The position numbers and the translations under genes were made by a program. A DNA stretch of 55,206 bases, taken from a virus. Its lineage: Duplodnaviria; Caudoviricetes. The stretch lies in the IMG/VR virus record IMGVR_UViG_3300013131_001394, positions 1 through 55,206 of that record; one strand, given 5' to 3'. The notes under the pieces were generated by a model. The model did no database searches and had not been told where the DNA came from. It saw only the letters and a list, made by a program, of their open reading frames with translations. Position 1 is the stretch's first letter. Each line of letters starts with the position of its first letter. Shown piece by piece: positions 8,349 to 16,583 of this stretch.

Positions 8349-10385
8349 ATGAAACTCAAAACACTTGCAACTTGTATAGCATTGGCCTATGGTTCCCTTC
8401 ATGCACAAGTACAAACTGGAGCATGGCTAACTACTGAATATGATAGAGGTAGAACTTTAAGTTCTATTAATGCTGCAACGGCATATTCCAGAGGATTTAC
8501 CGGTAAAGGTAGCACTATTGCTATTATTGATTCAGGCATTGATTTAAAATCACCAGAATTTCAAAATAGAATTAAGGCTGTATTTGATTTTACCAGTTCC
8601 GGATCTGCTAACGATACATTAGGTCATGGCACCCATGTTGCTGGTATTGCTGCTGCTGCAAAAAATAATATAGGAACTCATGGCGTAGCCTTTAATGCAG
8701 ACTTGCTAATTGCAAAGGTTACCACAAGCGGATTAGTTACAATGGCTACAGCAAACAAAGCTGTCGCTTGGGCTAATAGTTATAATGCAGATGTAGCTAA
8801 TCTAAGTTTAGGCTTTAGCCTTAAGCAATCTACAATTGCAGCTCAGTTAGTAAGCCCAGGTGTTTACAAAACAAATGTAACTAACACAGGAAAATATCTA
8901 GGTGGACTAGACGTTAATAGTTGGAAAACTGCTACTAACGGTGAAATGGTATTAGTTGTTGCCGCAGGTAATGATTCTACACCATGGTCAAGTTCGTTGA
9001 GTCAACTTGCAACTGCTGTTGATGCGAATGGTAACCTAATGTTGGGTGGTAGAGTAATTGTTGCAGGAAACTGGAACAGTCAAGGTGTAAGAAAAACTAC
9101 TACGGTTAATGGTAGACCTGTTTTTACTACTGCATATCAAACAGGTCCTAATAATAATGGTGCTGCCCAACTATGTATGGTAATGGTAGGCACAGTGTGT
9201 CAAGACAAATTTAAGGTTAGTGATTTTTACCTACTCGCACCTGGAACTGGTATAACAAGCACTTATCCTACTACTATTAACAAAAACGGTATGTTGACGT
9301 TAACAGGCACTAGCCAGGCTGCTCCAGCTATATCAGGTGCTGCTGCTATCATTAGAGAAATGTGGCCACAAATGACTGGGTCTAATGTTGTTAAGTTATT
9401 ATTAGTTACAGCAAATAAAAACATAGAAGGTTATAATGTTGTGGCACATGGTCAAGGACTTTTAGATCTTGATAGAGCAACCAGACCGGTAGGTAGTCTA
9501 GGTATTCCTACAACTGGAAGATTGTCAGGGCCACGTAGTCAATCTGTCGATCCTATATTGGTTACAGGTGGTTCCGCTAGCACAGGTGGACTGGGTAGTA
9601 TCGTTGTTTTAGATGACTTTGATAGAGATTTTGGGGTTAAAGGTAAAACATTCACAGCGCACAAGATTAGTAAGGAATTCAACCCTAAACAAGCATTTAT
9701 GCCATATGAATCAAAAAACAACTACAGTCTTTTCAATAACTATAATCAAAGATTACATGCAGAAGCAGCGGATATTTCTTTGGCAGTTTACCAAGACACA
9801 AATTCTGCTTTACAGGTGCCTGGTATGATTGAGATGTCTTATAAGGTAAAAGACTTTAAGTTTACTACAGCACATTTTACTGAACAGGCAACATGGCTTA
9901 ATAACAGCCTGCTAGGTATGAATAGAGAAAGCAATACATTAGTATTCGGCCTAGCCTATGAAAAAGATGTAGGTTCAAATACAAAAACATTCATTAGTGC
10001 CATGCATGGAACCACTAGTATTAAATCGTATAGCGATAAAGTTTCAGGGTTGAATACTGCTTACAGTTATAGTTGGAACGCAGGGCTTGAGCACAGTTTA
10101 AATAAAACAAACTCAATAGGCTTTATGGCATATCAGCCAGTGACTGTTTATAACGCACAGGCCAATGTTAATATGCCTGTAGGACTAGATCAAAACTTTA
10201 ATGTTATTCAAGGTACTAGAGCGAATCTAGCGGCAGATGTTAAAGAAACAAGGCTAGGGCTTTATTATAAACTTAGCGAAAAGTACACACAAGCAAGTGC
10301 ATTTATTGAAACAAGGCAAAATTACAGAGGACAAGATGGCATTAGAGACCACGCAGCAGGACTACAATTTACCCGTCAATTTTGA
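8349..10385 (+). CDS. Secreted S8 subtilisin-like protease with a C-terminal beta-barrel-like domain
   Basis: Signal peptide MKLKTLATCIALAYGSLHA; triad IDSGID, GHGTHVAG, GTSQAAP; oxyanion AAGN; amphipathic strands ending in LQFTRQF. Confidence 0.9.
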   Translation: MKLKTLATCIALAYGSLHAQVQTGAWLTTEYDRGRTLSSINAATAYSRGFTGKGSTIAIIDSGIDLKSPEFQNRIKAVFDFTSSGSANDTLGHGTHVAGIAAAAKNNIGTHGVAFNADLLIAKVTTSGLVTMATANKAVAWANSYNADVANLSLGFSLKQSTIAAQLVSPGVYKTNVTNTGKYLGGLDVNSWKTATNGEMVLVVAAGNDSTPWSSSLSQLATAVDANGNLMLGGRVIVAGNWNSQGVRKTTTVNGRPVFTTAYQTGPNNNGAAQLCMVMVGTVCQDKFKVSDFYLLAPGTGITSTYPTTINKNGMLTLTGTSQAAPAISGAAAIIREMWPQMTGSNVVKLLLVTANKNIEGYNVVAHGQGLLDLDRATRPVGSLGIPTTGRLSGPRSQSVDPILVTGGSASTGGLGSIVVLDDFDRDFGVKGKTFTAHKISKEFNPKQAFMPYESKNNYSLFNNYNQRLHAEAADISLAVYQDTNSALQVPGMIEMSYKVKDFKFTTAHFTEQATWLNNSLLGMNRESNTLVFGLAYEKDVGSNTKTFISAMHGTTSIKSYSDKVSGLNTAYSYSWNAGLEHSLNKTNSIGFMAYQPVTVYNAQANVNMPVGLDQNFNVIQGTRANLAADVKETRLGLYYKLSEKYTQASAFIETRQNYRGQDGIRDHAAGLQFTRQF

Positions 10386-10614
10386 TTATGATACAGAATG
10401 GCCCATGTCAGATTATTATGATGACGGTCCTATTACCATCGATGATCCTATTGTAGAATATAAAACTTTTGAACAGGTAAGTTGGTGGAAACTTAAACAA
10501 ATGTTAGAACGGTGGCCTGCTATGCATAAAAGTTGGCAGGCATTTATTATTGACTATAATGTATGCTTGGCTACCTTAAGAGCCGAGGAACAACACGATG
10601 ACATCCCTTTCTAA
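10336..10614 (+). CDS. Hypothetical protein
   Basis: ATG 10336 after GAGGA (alternative start 10405); ends in acidic DDIPF. Confidence 0.55.
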   Translation: MALETTQQDYNLPVNFDYDTEWPMSDYYDDGPITIDDPIVEYKTFEQVSWWKLKQMLERWPAMHKSWQAFIIDYNVCLATLRAEEQHDDIPF

Positions 10615-11071
10615 ATTTTTTCTTAACACTCTAGAACGCATGGGTAGGAAACGTATTGTTCTAGATAGAGAAAGTTCAGAACCTTATCTAGAACGTTATT
10701 ATGTCTTTTTAAAAGATAGAGATACATTTCCTTTTAATATCTTCATTCATAAATTTTTAAAATCAGATCCAGATGATGTCCACGATCATCCCTGGTCTTA
10801 TGCTACACTTATTCTCAAAGGCGGATACTGGGAATTCGTTCCTGTATTCAACGAACAAGGAGAAAAAGTTGCAGAAACAAAACATTGGCGGGCACCTGGT
10901 CATTTTCGTATTAGTCCTGCTACTAGTTTTCATCGTATCGAACTAGAGCCTAACGTAGACTGCTGGACTATGTTTATGCCAGGACCTAAGCGTAAGGAGT
11001 GGGGCTTCCTTGTAAATAACGAGTGGATTCATAACGAACAATACTTAGAGGAGAGACGAAATGCCGCGTAA
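10598..11071 (+). CDS. Cupin-like protein
   Basis: HDHPW...ILKGGYWE...FHRIEL metal-binding cupin pattern. Confidence 0.7.
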   Translation: MTSLSKFFLNTLERMGRKRIVLDRESSEPYLERYYVFLKDRDTFPFNIFIHKFLKSDPDDVHDHPWSYATLILKGGYWEFVPVFNEQGEKVAETKHWRAPGHFRISPATSFHRIELEPNVDCWTMFMPGPKRKEWGFLVNNEWIHNEQYLEERRNAA

Positions 11072-11321
11072 GAAAAAAGAGGTTGTAGTAGAAACAGAGA
11101 AGAAATATTTCGTAGACGGACATAATGATGTTCAGGAATATTACGAGCCTGTTAAGCAATTTGAAATAAATTGGGAAAAGATTGCTGCTGATGTTAAAGA
11201 AGCAGCAAAAATGGTAGAAGCAAAGTATGAACAGGATGAAGGTCCGTTGACTGATAGTCAAATTGCTCAAATCAAATACTCAGCACCTAAACCTAAAAAG
11301 ACTAAAAAAACTAAAAAATGA
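11061..11321 (+). CDS. Hypothetical protein
   Basis: 86 aa; GAGGAG upstream of the ATG. Confidence 0.7.
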   Translation: MPRKKKEVVVETEKKYFVDGHNDVQEYYEPVKQFEINWEKIAADVKEAAKMVEAKYEQDEGPLTDSQIAQIKYSAPKPKKTKKTKK

Positions 11322-11330
11322 GAATTTAAG

Positions 11331-11732
11331 ATGCACATGTCAAGTAACAAAATTTTTGACGGCCCTGATGAGTTGGAAGATTCACATCCGCCGTGGACAG
11401 GAATATATCGTGAAGACTTTCATGTTATAGTTTATAGAGACAAATACCCTGTAACAGAAGGACATTTACTGTTTGTTCCTAAGTATAACTCAATCAGTAT
11501 TTTAAATCAAGCATTTGAAGATGCTGTCAGATACGGTAAAAAGCAAGTTAAAGACGGCAATTGGGATGGATTCAACATAGGACTAAACTACGGAGAAGTC
11601 GCTGGTCAAACTGTAAATTGGCCTCACATACACCTTATTCCAAGACGCAAAGGTGATGTAGACGATCCTATAGGTGGCGTACGTAATATTATCCCAGGTA
11701 AAGGTAATTATAAAAAAACTAATCAAACTTAG
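11331..11732 (+). CDS. HIT-family nucleotide hydrolase
   Basis: DKYPVTEGHLLFVPK, GFNIGLN, AGQTVNWPHIHLIPR. Confidence 0.9.
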   Translation: MHMSSNKIFDGPDELEDSHPPWTGIYREDFHVIVYRDKYPVTEGHLLFVPKYNSISILNQAFEDAVRYGKKQVKDGNWDGFNIGLNYGEVAGQTVNWPHIHLIPRRKGDVDDPIGGVRNIIPGKGNYKKTNQT

Positions 11733-12618
11733 TTATTGCCTGATCTCCTTCATTGCTACAGACTATCATACCGCATTTATGGGGAGTATTAGGCGGATGC
11801 CATCCATCATGCCATATATTTCCTAATGATCTATTGTTACAAGTAGCACCAGATACCCAACCTTGATGTCCTATGTACAAGGTTTCAATTCCCATATTGC
11901 ACATCTTACCTGTATAACTAGGATTGCTATTCAACATATCTTGATATCTACCATGCCATGTTGTTTCTTCAAAATATTCTTTTTCAGACACTAGAGTTTT
12001 TTCTCTAGGCGGAGGACTATTTTTTAACCAAGGCTTAGGTTCTTCCATTAAAGTTAATTGTTCATTGGTATATGAAACAAACAACCCAGCACTTGTATCA
12101 GCATTTATGTATAATGCCTGCTTATTAACCCATATACCGTGACGTTCTTCAAAATCGCTTATTCGTTTTATATCTTGATCAAACCTAGAAGGATGTACAG
12201 GTGCATTTAGGTATATAGGCTTGTCATTTTTAACAAATAACTGAACTATATAATCCATTAGAGATTCATTTTGCCAGTAATGATAGGTTAAATGTATGCT
12301 ATCAACATTAGGTTCGATAGCCCACCAGTCCATCCATAATTTACCACCGTTAGTATGCAAAGTTAATTTGTTTTTATCTGCCTTACATGATTTTAAGATG
12401 GTAACAATATCATTTAAATCTAAAGGTTCACCGCCATCAATTGTCCATTCTATAGTTCTACCTAGGTCTAAATAATTGTTTACTATCAAATCGGCTATTC
12501 TAATATATTCTTTAGTTTCAGGAGGTTCACCACCGCCTCTAAACTTTGTAGGACAATAATCACATTGATAGGAACAATAATCATTCAAGGCCCAGGTTAT
12601 TCTAGTTATATTGTTCAT
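11719..12618 (-). CDS. Radical SAM protein with a C-terminal Cys-rich (SPASM/twitch-like) region
   Basis: CSYQCDYC, GGEP, TNG; C-terminal CNMG...ATC...CGMIVC. Confidence 0.85.
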   Translation of the reverse strand: MNNITRITWALNDYCSYQCDYCPTKFRGGGEPPETKEYIRIADLIVNNYLDLGRTIEWTIDGGEPLDLNDIVTILKSCKADKNKLTLHTNGGKLWMDWWAIEPNVDSIHLTYHYWQNESLMDYIVQLFVKNDKPIYLNAPVHPSRFDQDIKRISDFEERHGIWVNKQALYINADTSAGLFVSYTNEQLTLMEEPKPWLKNSPPPREKTLVSEKEYFEETTWHGRYQDMLNSNPSYTGKMCNMGIETLYIGHQGWVSGATCNNRSLGNIWHDGWHPPNTPHKCGMIVCSNEGDQAITKFD

Positions 12619-12624
12619 ATTGTG

Positions 12625-12652
12625 TTGACAAACCTAAATAATAATGTATAAT
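12625..12652 (+). promoter_or_regulatory. Sigma70-like promoter for queE with an internal TAAATA
   Basis: TTGACA(12625-12630)-16 bp-TATAAT(12647-12652); TAAATA at 12635-12640; GAGGT RBS. Confidence 0.75.
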
Positions 12653-12672
12653 TACTTATCACGAGGTCATTT

Positions 12673-13521
12673 ATGAGTAAACTTAAAGTATCAGAATTGT
12701 TTTACAGTGTGCAGGGCGAAGGTCGCTATATGGGCGTTCCCAGCATCTTCCTTCGCGTGTTCGGTTGTAATTTTACCTGCGATGGTTTTGGAATGCCTAG
12801 AGGAGAAAAAACTAATGAACGAAACATTATTGCAGATCGTATTGGAGAGTTTAAGCAGTATAAAGATTTACCACTTGTTCATTCCGGTTGCGATTCTTAC
12901 GCTAGTTGGGATCCTAGGTTCAAAGACTTTTCACCAGTATTGGAAACAGACTCAATTGCGAAAACAATTAGTGAACTTCTTCCAAAGAAAGAGTGGGACA
13001 GGGAACACCTAGTTATTACAGGCGGTGAACCTTTGTTAGGTTGGCAACGCAGTTATCCAGATCTACTGGAACACGAAAAAATGAAGGGTTTGAAAGAAAT
13101 CACTTTCGAAACCAACGGCACTCAGAAATTGAGTAAAGAATTCAAACATTATTTAGGTGAGTGGACTGCTACTAATTGGGATAGAGAGATTACCTTTAGT
13201 GTTAGTGCTAAATTACCTAGTTCAGGTGAAGCATGGGAAGAGGCTATTCAACCCGACGTAGTATGCGAATATGAACAAGTCGGTTGGACATATCTTAAAC
13301 TAGTTGTAGCCACAGAGCAGGATATAGAAGATGCACTACGGGCTATAGAAGAATATAGATCAGCAGGCTTTAAAGGTGAAGTATACTTGATGCCGGTAGG
13401 TGGTGTAGAGAGTGTTTATAGTTTAAATAATAAGAATGTAGCATTAGCCTGTATGAAGCATGGGCTAAGATATAGTGATAGGCTTCAGGTGCCGCTCTTT
13501 AAGAACGCTTGGAATACATAA
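12673..13521 (+). CDS. queE: 7-carboxy-7-deazaguanine synthase QueE (radical SAM)
   Basis: ELFYSVQGEG, FLRVFGCNFTC...GCDS, VITGGEP, FETNGT, SAKL, YSDRLQ. Confidence 0.92.
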   Translation: MSKLKVSELFYSVQGEGRYMGVPSIFLRVFGCNFTCDGFGMPRGEKTNERNIIADRIGEFKQYKDLPLVHSGCDSYASWDPRFKDFSPVLETDSIAKTISELLPKKEWDREHLVITGGEPLLGWQRSYPDLLEHEKMKGLKEITFETNGTQKLSKEFKHYLGEWTATNWDREITFSVSAKLPSSGEAWEEAIQPDVVCEYEQVGWTYLKLVVATEQDIEDALRAIEEYRSAGFKGEVYLMPVGGVESVYSLNNKNVALACMKHGLRYSDRLQVPLFKNAWNT

Positions 13522-13528
13522 TAAAGTT

Positions 13529-13571
13529 CCCCATTTATTTTAAAAACCATAAATATTTGAAATGAATGGGG
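13529..13571 (+). promoter_or_regulatory. RBS-sequestering hairpin with a late TAAATA in its loop
   Basis: CCCCATTTATTTTAAA pairs with TTTGAAATGAATGGGG (16 bp, 2 G-U); loop AACCATAAATA. Confidence 0.75.
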
Positions 13572-13578
13572 CACTAAT

Positions 13579-14337
13579 ATGACAAATCCTATAAACAAAT
13601 ATTCCGAAGAAGTATTCAAAAATAAAGTAAAAGAAAAAATATCTTCTATTTTAGATATTACAGAATATAAAGGTGTTGACTACAAACTTAAAGTGCATTG
13701 TATCCACGGTATAAATGAAAGAAGAGGTTGGAGTGTTTTAAATGGTAAACATTGCTGTCGCAAGGGCTATTACGAAAGCGGCAATATGTGGAAATCAAAT
13801 ACAAATACCATTGAAGATGCTAAACAAAGAACTTTAAAACATCGTCCTAATACTGATGTATCAAATGTATATTTTAAATGGGACGGCAAATATAAAAGAT
13901 TATACGGTATTAAATGCACTATACATAATATTGAATATTCAAGTTTATTAGGAAGTAAAGTGGGCCAGTGCCCTGAATGCTTTAAAGAAGATAATAGAGC
14001 AAAACTCAGGACAGCGGCACCTAAAGCATGGGCAAGTCAATCAACAGGAAGTTTTGTAAGCAAAAAAGAAACTAAATGGTTAGATGAATTAAACATTAAG
14101 GATAGACAAGTGTGGCTTGAGGATGTAAAATACAAAGTAGATGGATACGACTCTGAAACCAACACTGTATATCTTTATCACGGAAAATTCTGGCACGGAT
14201 GTCCTAAAACATTTGATCCAGAAATGATACATCCGATTATAAAAATTCCTATGAAAGATTTATACGAAAAAACAATGTATTACGAAAATAAATTAAAACA
14301 TGCAGGTTATAACTTAGTAGTAAAGTGGGGCACCTAA
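13579..14337 (+). mobile_element. Free-standing putative homing endonuclease (Zn-finger repeats plus Vsr/PD-(D/E)XK-like nuclease)
   Basis: CIHG, CTIH, CPEC Zn-finger-like motifs; C-terminal YKVDGY...YHGKFWHGC...GYNLVVKW; very AT-rich. Confidence 0.75.
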
Positions 14338-14589
14338 ATGCGGCCTTTGCCGGCTCCTGAAACCTTAAACATATATCTGCTAGTAAATCAGAATGGTATG
14401 AAGTTTAGTCCAATTCAAGGTTCGACTAGCGGAAACCAGTATATAGGACTCGGATTTTATCTATCTAGGCAAGAAGCAGAGCATCAAAGAACATTAGAAT
14501 ATCTCAAATACAAAGATACAGGTGATTATAATAGGTTCCATATCTTTGAATTAGAAATTCCTAACCCGGCATATATAAATGAAAAGTAA
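14338..14589 (+). CDS. Hypothetical protein
   Basis: 83 aa ORF abutting the upstream stop codon. Confidence 0.65.
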   Translation: MRPLPAPETLNIYLLVNQNGMKFSPIQGSTSGNQYIGLGFYLSRQEAEHQRTLEYLKYKDTGDYNRFHIFELEIPNPAYINEK

Positions 14590-15196
14590 TTCTTCGGTAA
14601 TAGGATTATTTCCCATTCCTTTAGGCATATATAATATAAACAGATTATTTTATACTGAAGAGAATTCTTTTAAAGAACAGTGTTTTAAAACTAGAAGATT
14701 TATAGGAACGAATAGTATTAGTAATAATACATATATTCTAAATTCTAAAGAAATGATAGGAATAAAAACATTTATAGAAACTAGTATAAATCAATTTTTA
14801 GAAGAAAGCGATCCATTTCCTGACCACACATCGTTGTATATAACACAATCATGGTTTACATTTACCGAAAAAGACCAGCACCATCATATTCATAACCACC
14901 CCAATAGCTATATTAGCGGAGTTCTTTATTTTGATGTTGATTATCCAAAAGATAAAATATTTTTTAAAAATCCAAGAATACGCGATATGATGATAGAAAA
15001 AAATAATTACACACCGTTTAACAGTGAGGAATGGTCAATACCTATTCGTGCAGGGAGTTTACTATTGTTTCCGTCTTATATAGAACACTTTGTAAAAAAC
15101 TATCCCGGCGATAAACCACGGATAAGTTTAGCCTTTAACACATTTGTAAAAGGACAGTTAGGATCAGAACATACACTAACAAAAGTAAAATTATAA
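14579..15196 (+). CDS. 2OG-Fe(II) oxygenase (TIGR02466-like)
   Basis: HNHPNSYISGVLY, LLFPSYIEHFV, RISLAFN. Confidence 0.85.
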   Translation: MKSNSSVIGLFPIPLGIYNINRLFYTEENSFKEQCFKTRRFIGTNSISNNTYILNSKEMIGIKTFIETSINQFLEESDPFPDHTSLYITQSWFTFTEKDQHHHIHNHPNSYISGVLYFDVDYPKDKIFFKNPRIRDMMIEKNNYTPFNSEEWSIPIRAGSLLLFPSYIEHFVKNYPGDKPRISLAFNTFVKGQLGSEHTLTKVKL

Positions 15197-15204
15197 GGAT
15201 AACG

Positions 15205-15591
15205 ATGAAAAACATACTTAAAAGAATATTCGGCATTACAGAAATGGAAAATGCCATAGCGGAAACCAGAGCAGTTGCAGAAGCGGCTGCTGAACTAACG
15301 CCTAAAGAATTAGCCACTCAAAATAAAGAACCTTGGGTAGCAGTATTGAATACCCATGTAAATAAGGATAACATCAGGAACGGCTTTTTTGAACTTGACT
15401 GGAACGAGTATTTTGTGCTACAATTAAGAAGTGCTGGATATAAAGGTGAAAAGGATGAAGACATTGTTAATCAATGGTTTACTGAACTTTGCCGAAATGT
15501 CGCAGTCGAAGAAGGTATAGACATGAACCGTAGAGGAACTGGCTATATCAATGTCAACAACTTAGGAAATGGACGCTCTGAGGTCAGTTAA
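15205..15591 (+). CDS. Hypothetical protein
   Basis: 128 aa; AAGGA RBS; GFFELDWN motif. Confidence 0.75.
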   Translation: MKNILKRIFGITEMENAIAETRAVAEAAAELTPKELATQNKEPWVAVLNTHVNKDNIRNGFFELDWNEYFVLQLRSAGYKGEKDEDIVNQWFTELCRNVAVEEGIDMNRRGTGYINVNNLGNGRSEVS

Positions 15592-16583
15592 TGGCTAAAA
15601 CTTATATACTAGTAGATAGTGCAAATACATTCTTTCGAGCCAGACATGTGGCACGTGGTAATCTTAATGATAAAATCGGCCTAAGCATTCACACAGTGTT
15701 GAGCAGTGTGCGTAAGGCCTGGCGTGATTTTAAAGGTGATCACGTTATATTCTGCTTAGAAGGTCGCTCTTGGCGCAAGGACTATTACGAGCCTTATAAG
15801 CGTCAACGAACCGAGGCTCGTGCGGCTCTTAGTCCTAGAGAAGCAGAAGAAGATCGTGTATTCTGGGAAACATTTGATCAGTTCAAATCTTTCATAAAAG
15901 ATAAGACTAACTGTTCAGTGCTACATCATCCGCAACTAGAAGCAGATGACCTTATAGCAGGCTGGATACAATATCACCCCAATGATAATCATGTTATTAT
16001 TTCAACAGATGGAGACTTTGCTCAATTAATTTCTCCTAATGTAAGACAATACAATGGAGTTATGGATGTCACTACAACTCACGAAGGCTACTTTGACGAA
16101 AAAGGTAAACCGGTTATTGACAAGAAAACTAAAGAAGTTAAATCTGCTCCAGACCCCGAATGGTTATTATTTGAAAAGTGTATGAGAGGTGATACAAGTG
16201 ACAATGTATTCAGTGCATATCCAGGTGTAAGGGAGAAAGGCACTAAGAATAAAATCGGTCTACGTGAAGCATTTGCAGATAAGCAGTCAAAAGGTTTTGC
16301 ATGGAATAATATGATGCTGCAACGTTGGGTAGATCACGAAGGTAAAGAACATCGTGTACTGGATGACTATAATCGCAATGTGCAATTATGTGACTTAAAG
16401 GCACAACCTGACAACATCAAAAGTATAATTAAAGATACTATTAAATCAGAAATTGATGCTAATAAAAATATAGAACAAGTAGGCATTAGGTTGATGAAAT
16501 TCTGTAATAGTTTCGATTTACAAAAAATTACAGAACAGGTTCAAAGTTACGCCGAACCATTAAACTCAAGGTATACTGTATGA
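15591..16583 (+). CDS. rnh: 5'-3' exonuclease / T4 RNase H-like (FEN family)
   Basis: LVDSAN, SWRK..Y..YK, EADD, STDGDFAQL, GDTSDNV. Confidence 0.9.
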   Translation: MAKTYILVDSANTFFRARHVARGNLNDKIGLSIHTVLSSVRKAWRDFKGDHVIFCLEGRSWRKDYYEPYKRQRTEARAALSPREAEEDRVFWETFDQFKSFIKDKTNCSVLHHPQLEADDLIAGWIQYHPNDNHVIISTDGDFAQLISPNVRQYNGVMDVTTTHEGYFDEKGKPVIDKKTKEVKSAPDPEWLLFEKCMRGDTSDNVFSAYPGVREKGTKNKIGLREAFADKQSKGFAWNNMMLQRWVDHEGKEHRVLDDYNRNVQLCDLKAQPDNIKSIIKDTIKSEIDANKNIEQVGIRLMKFCNSFDLQKITEQVQSYAEPLNSRYTV

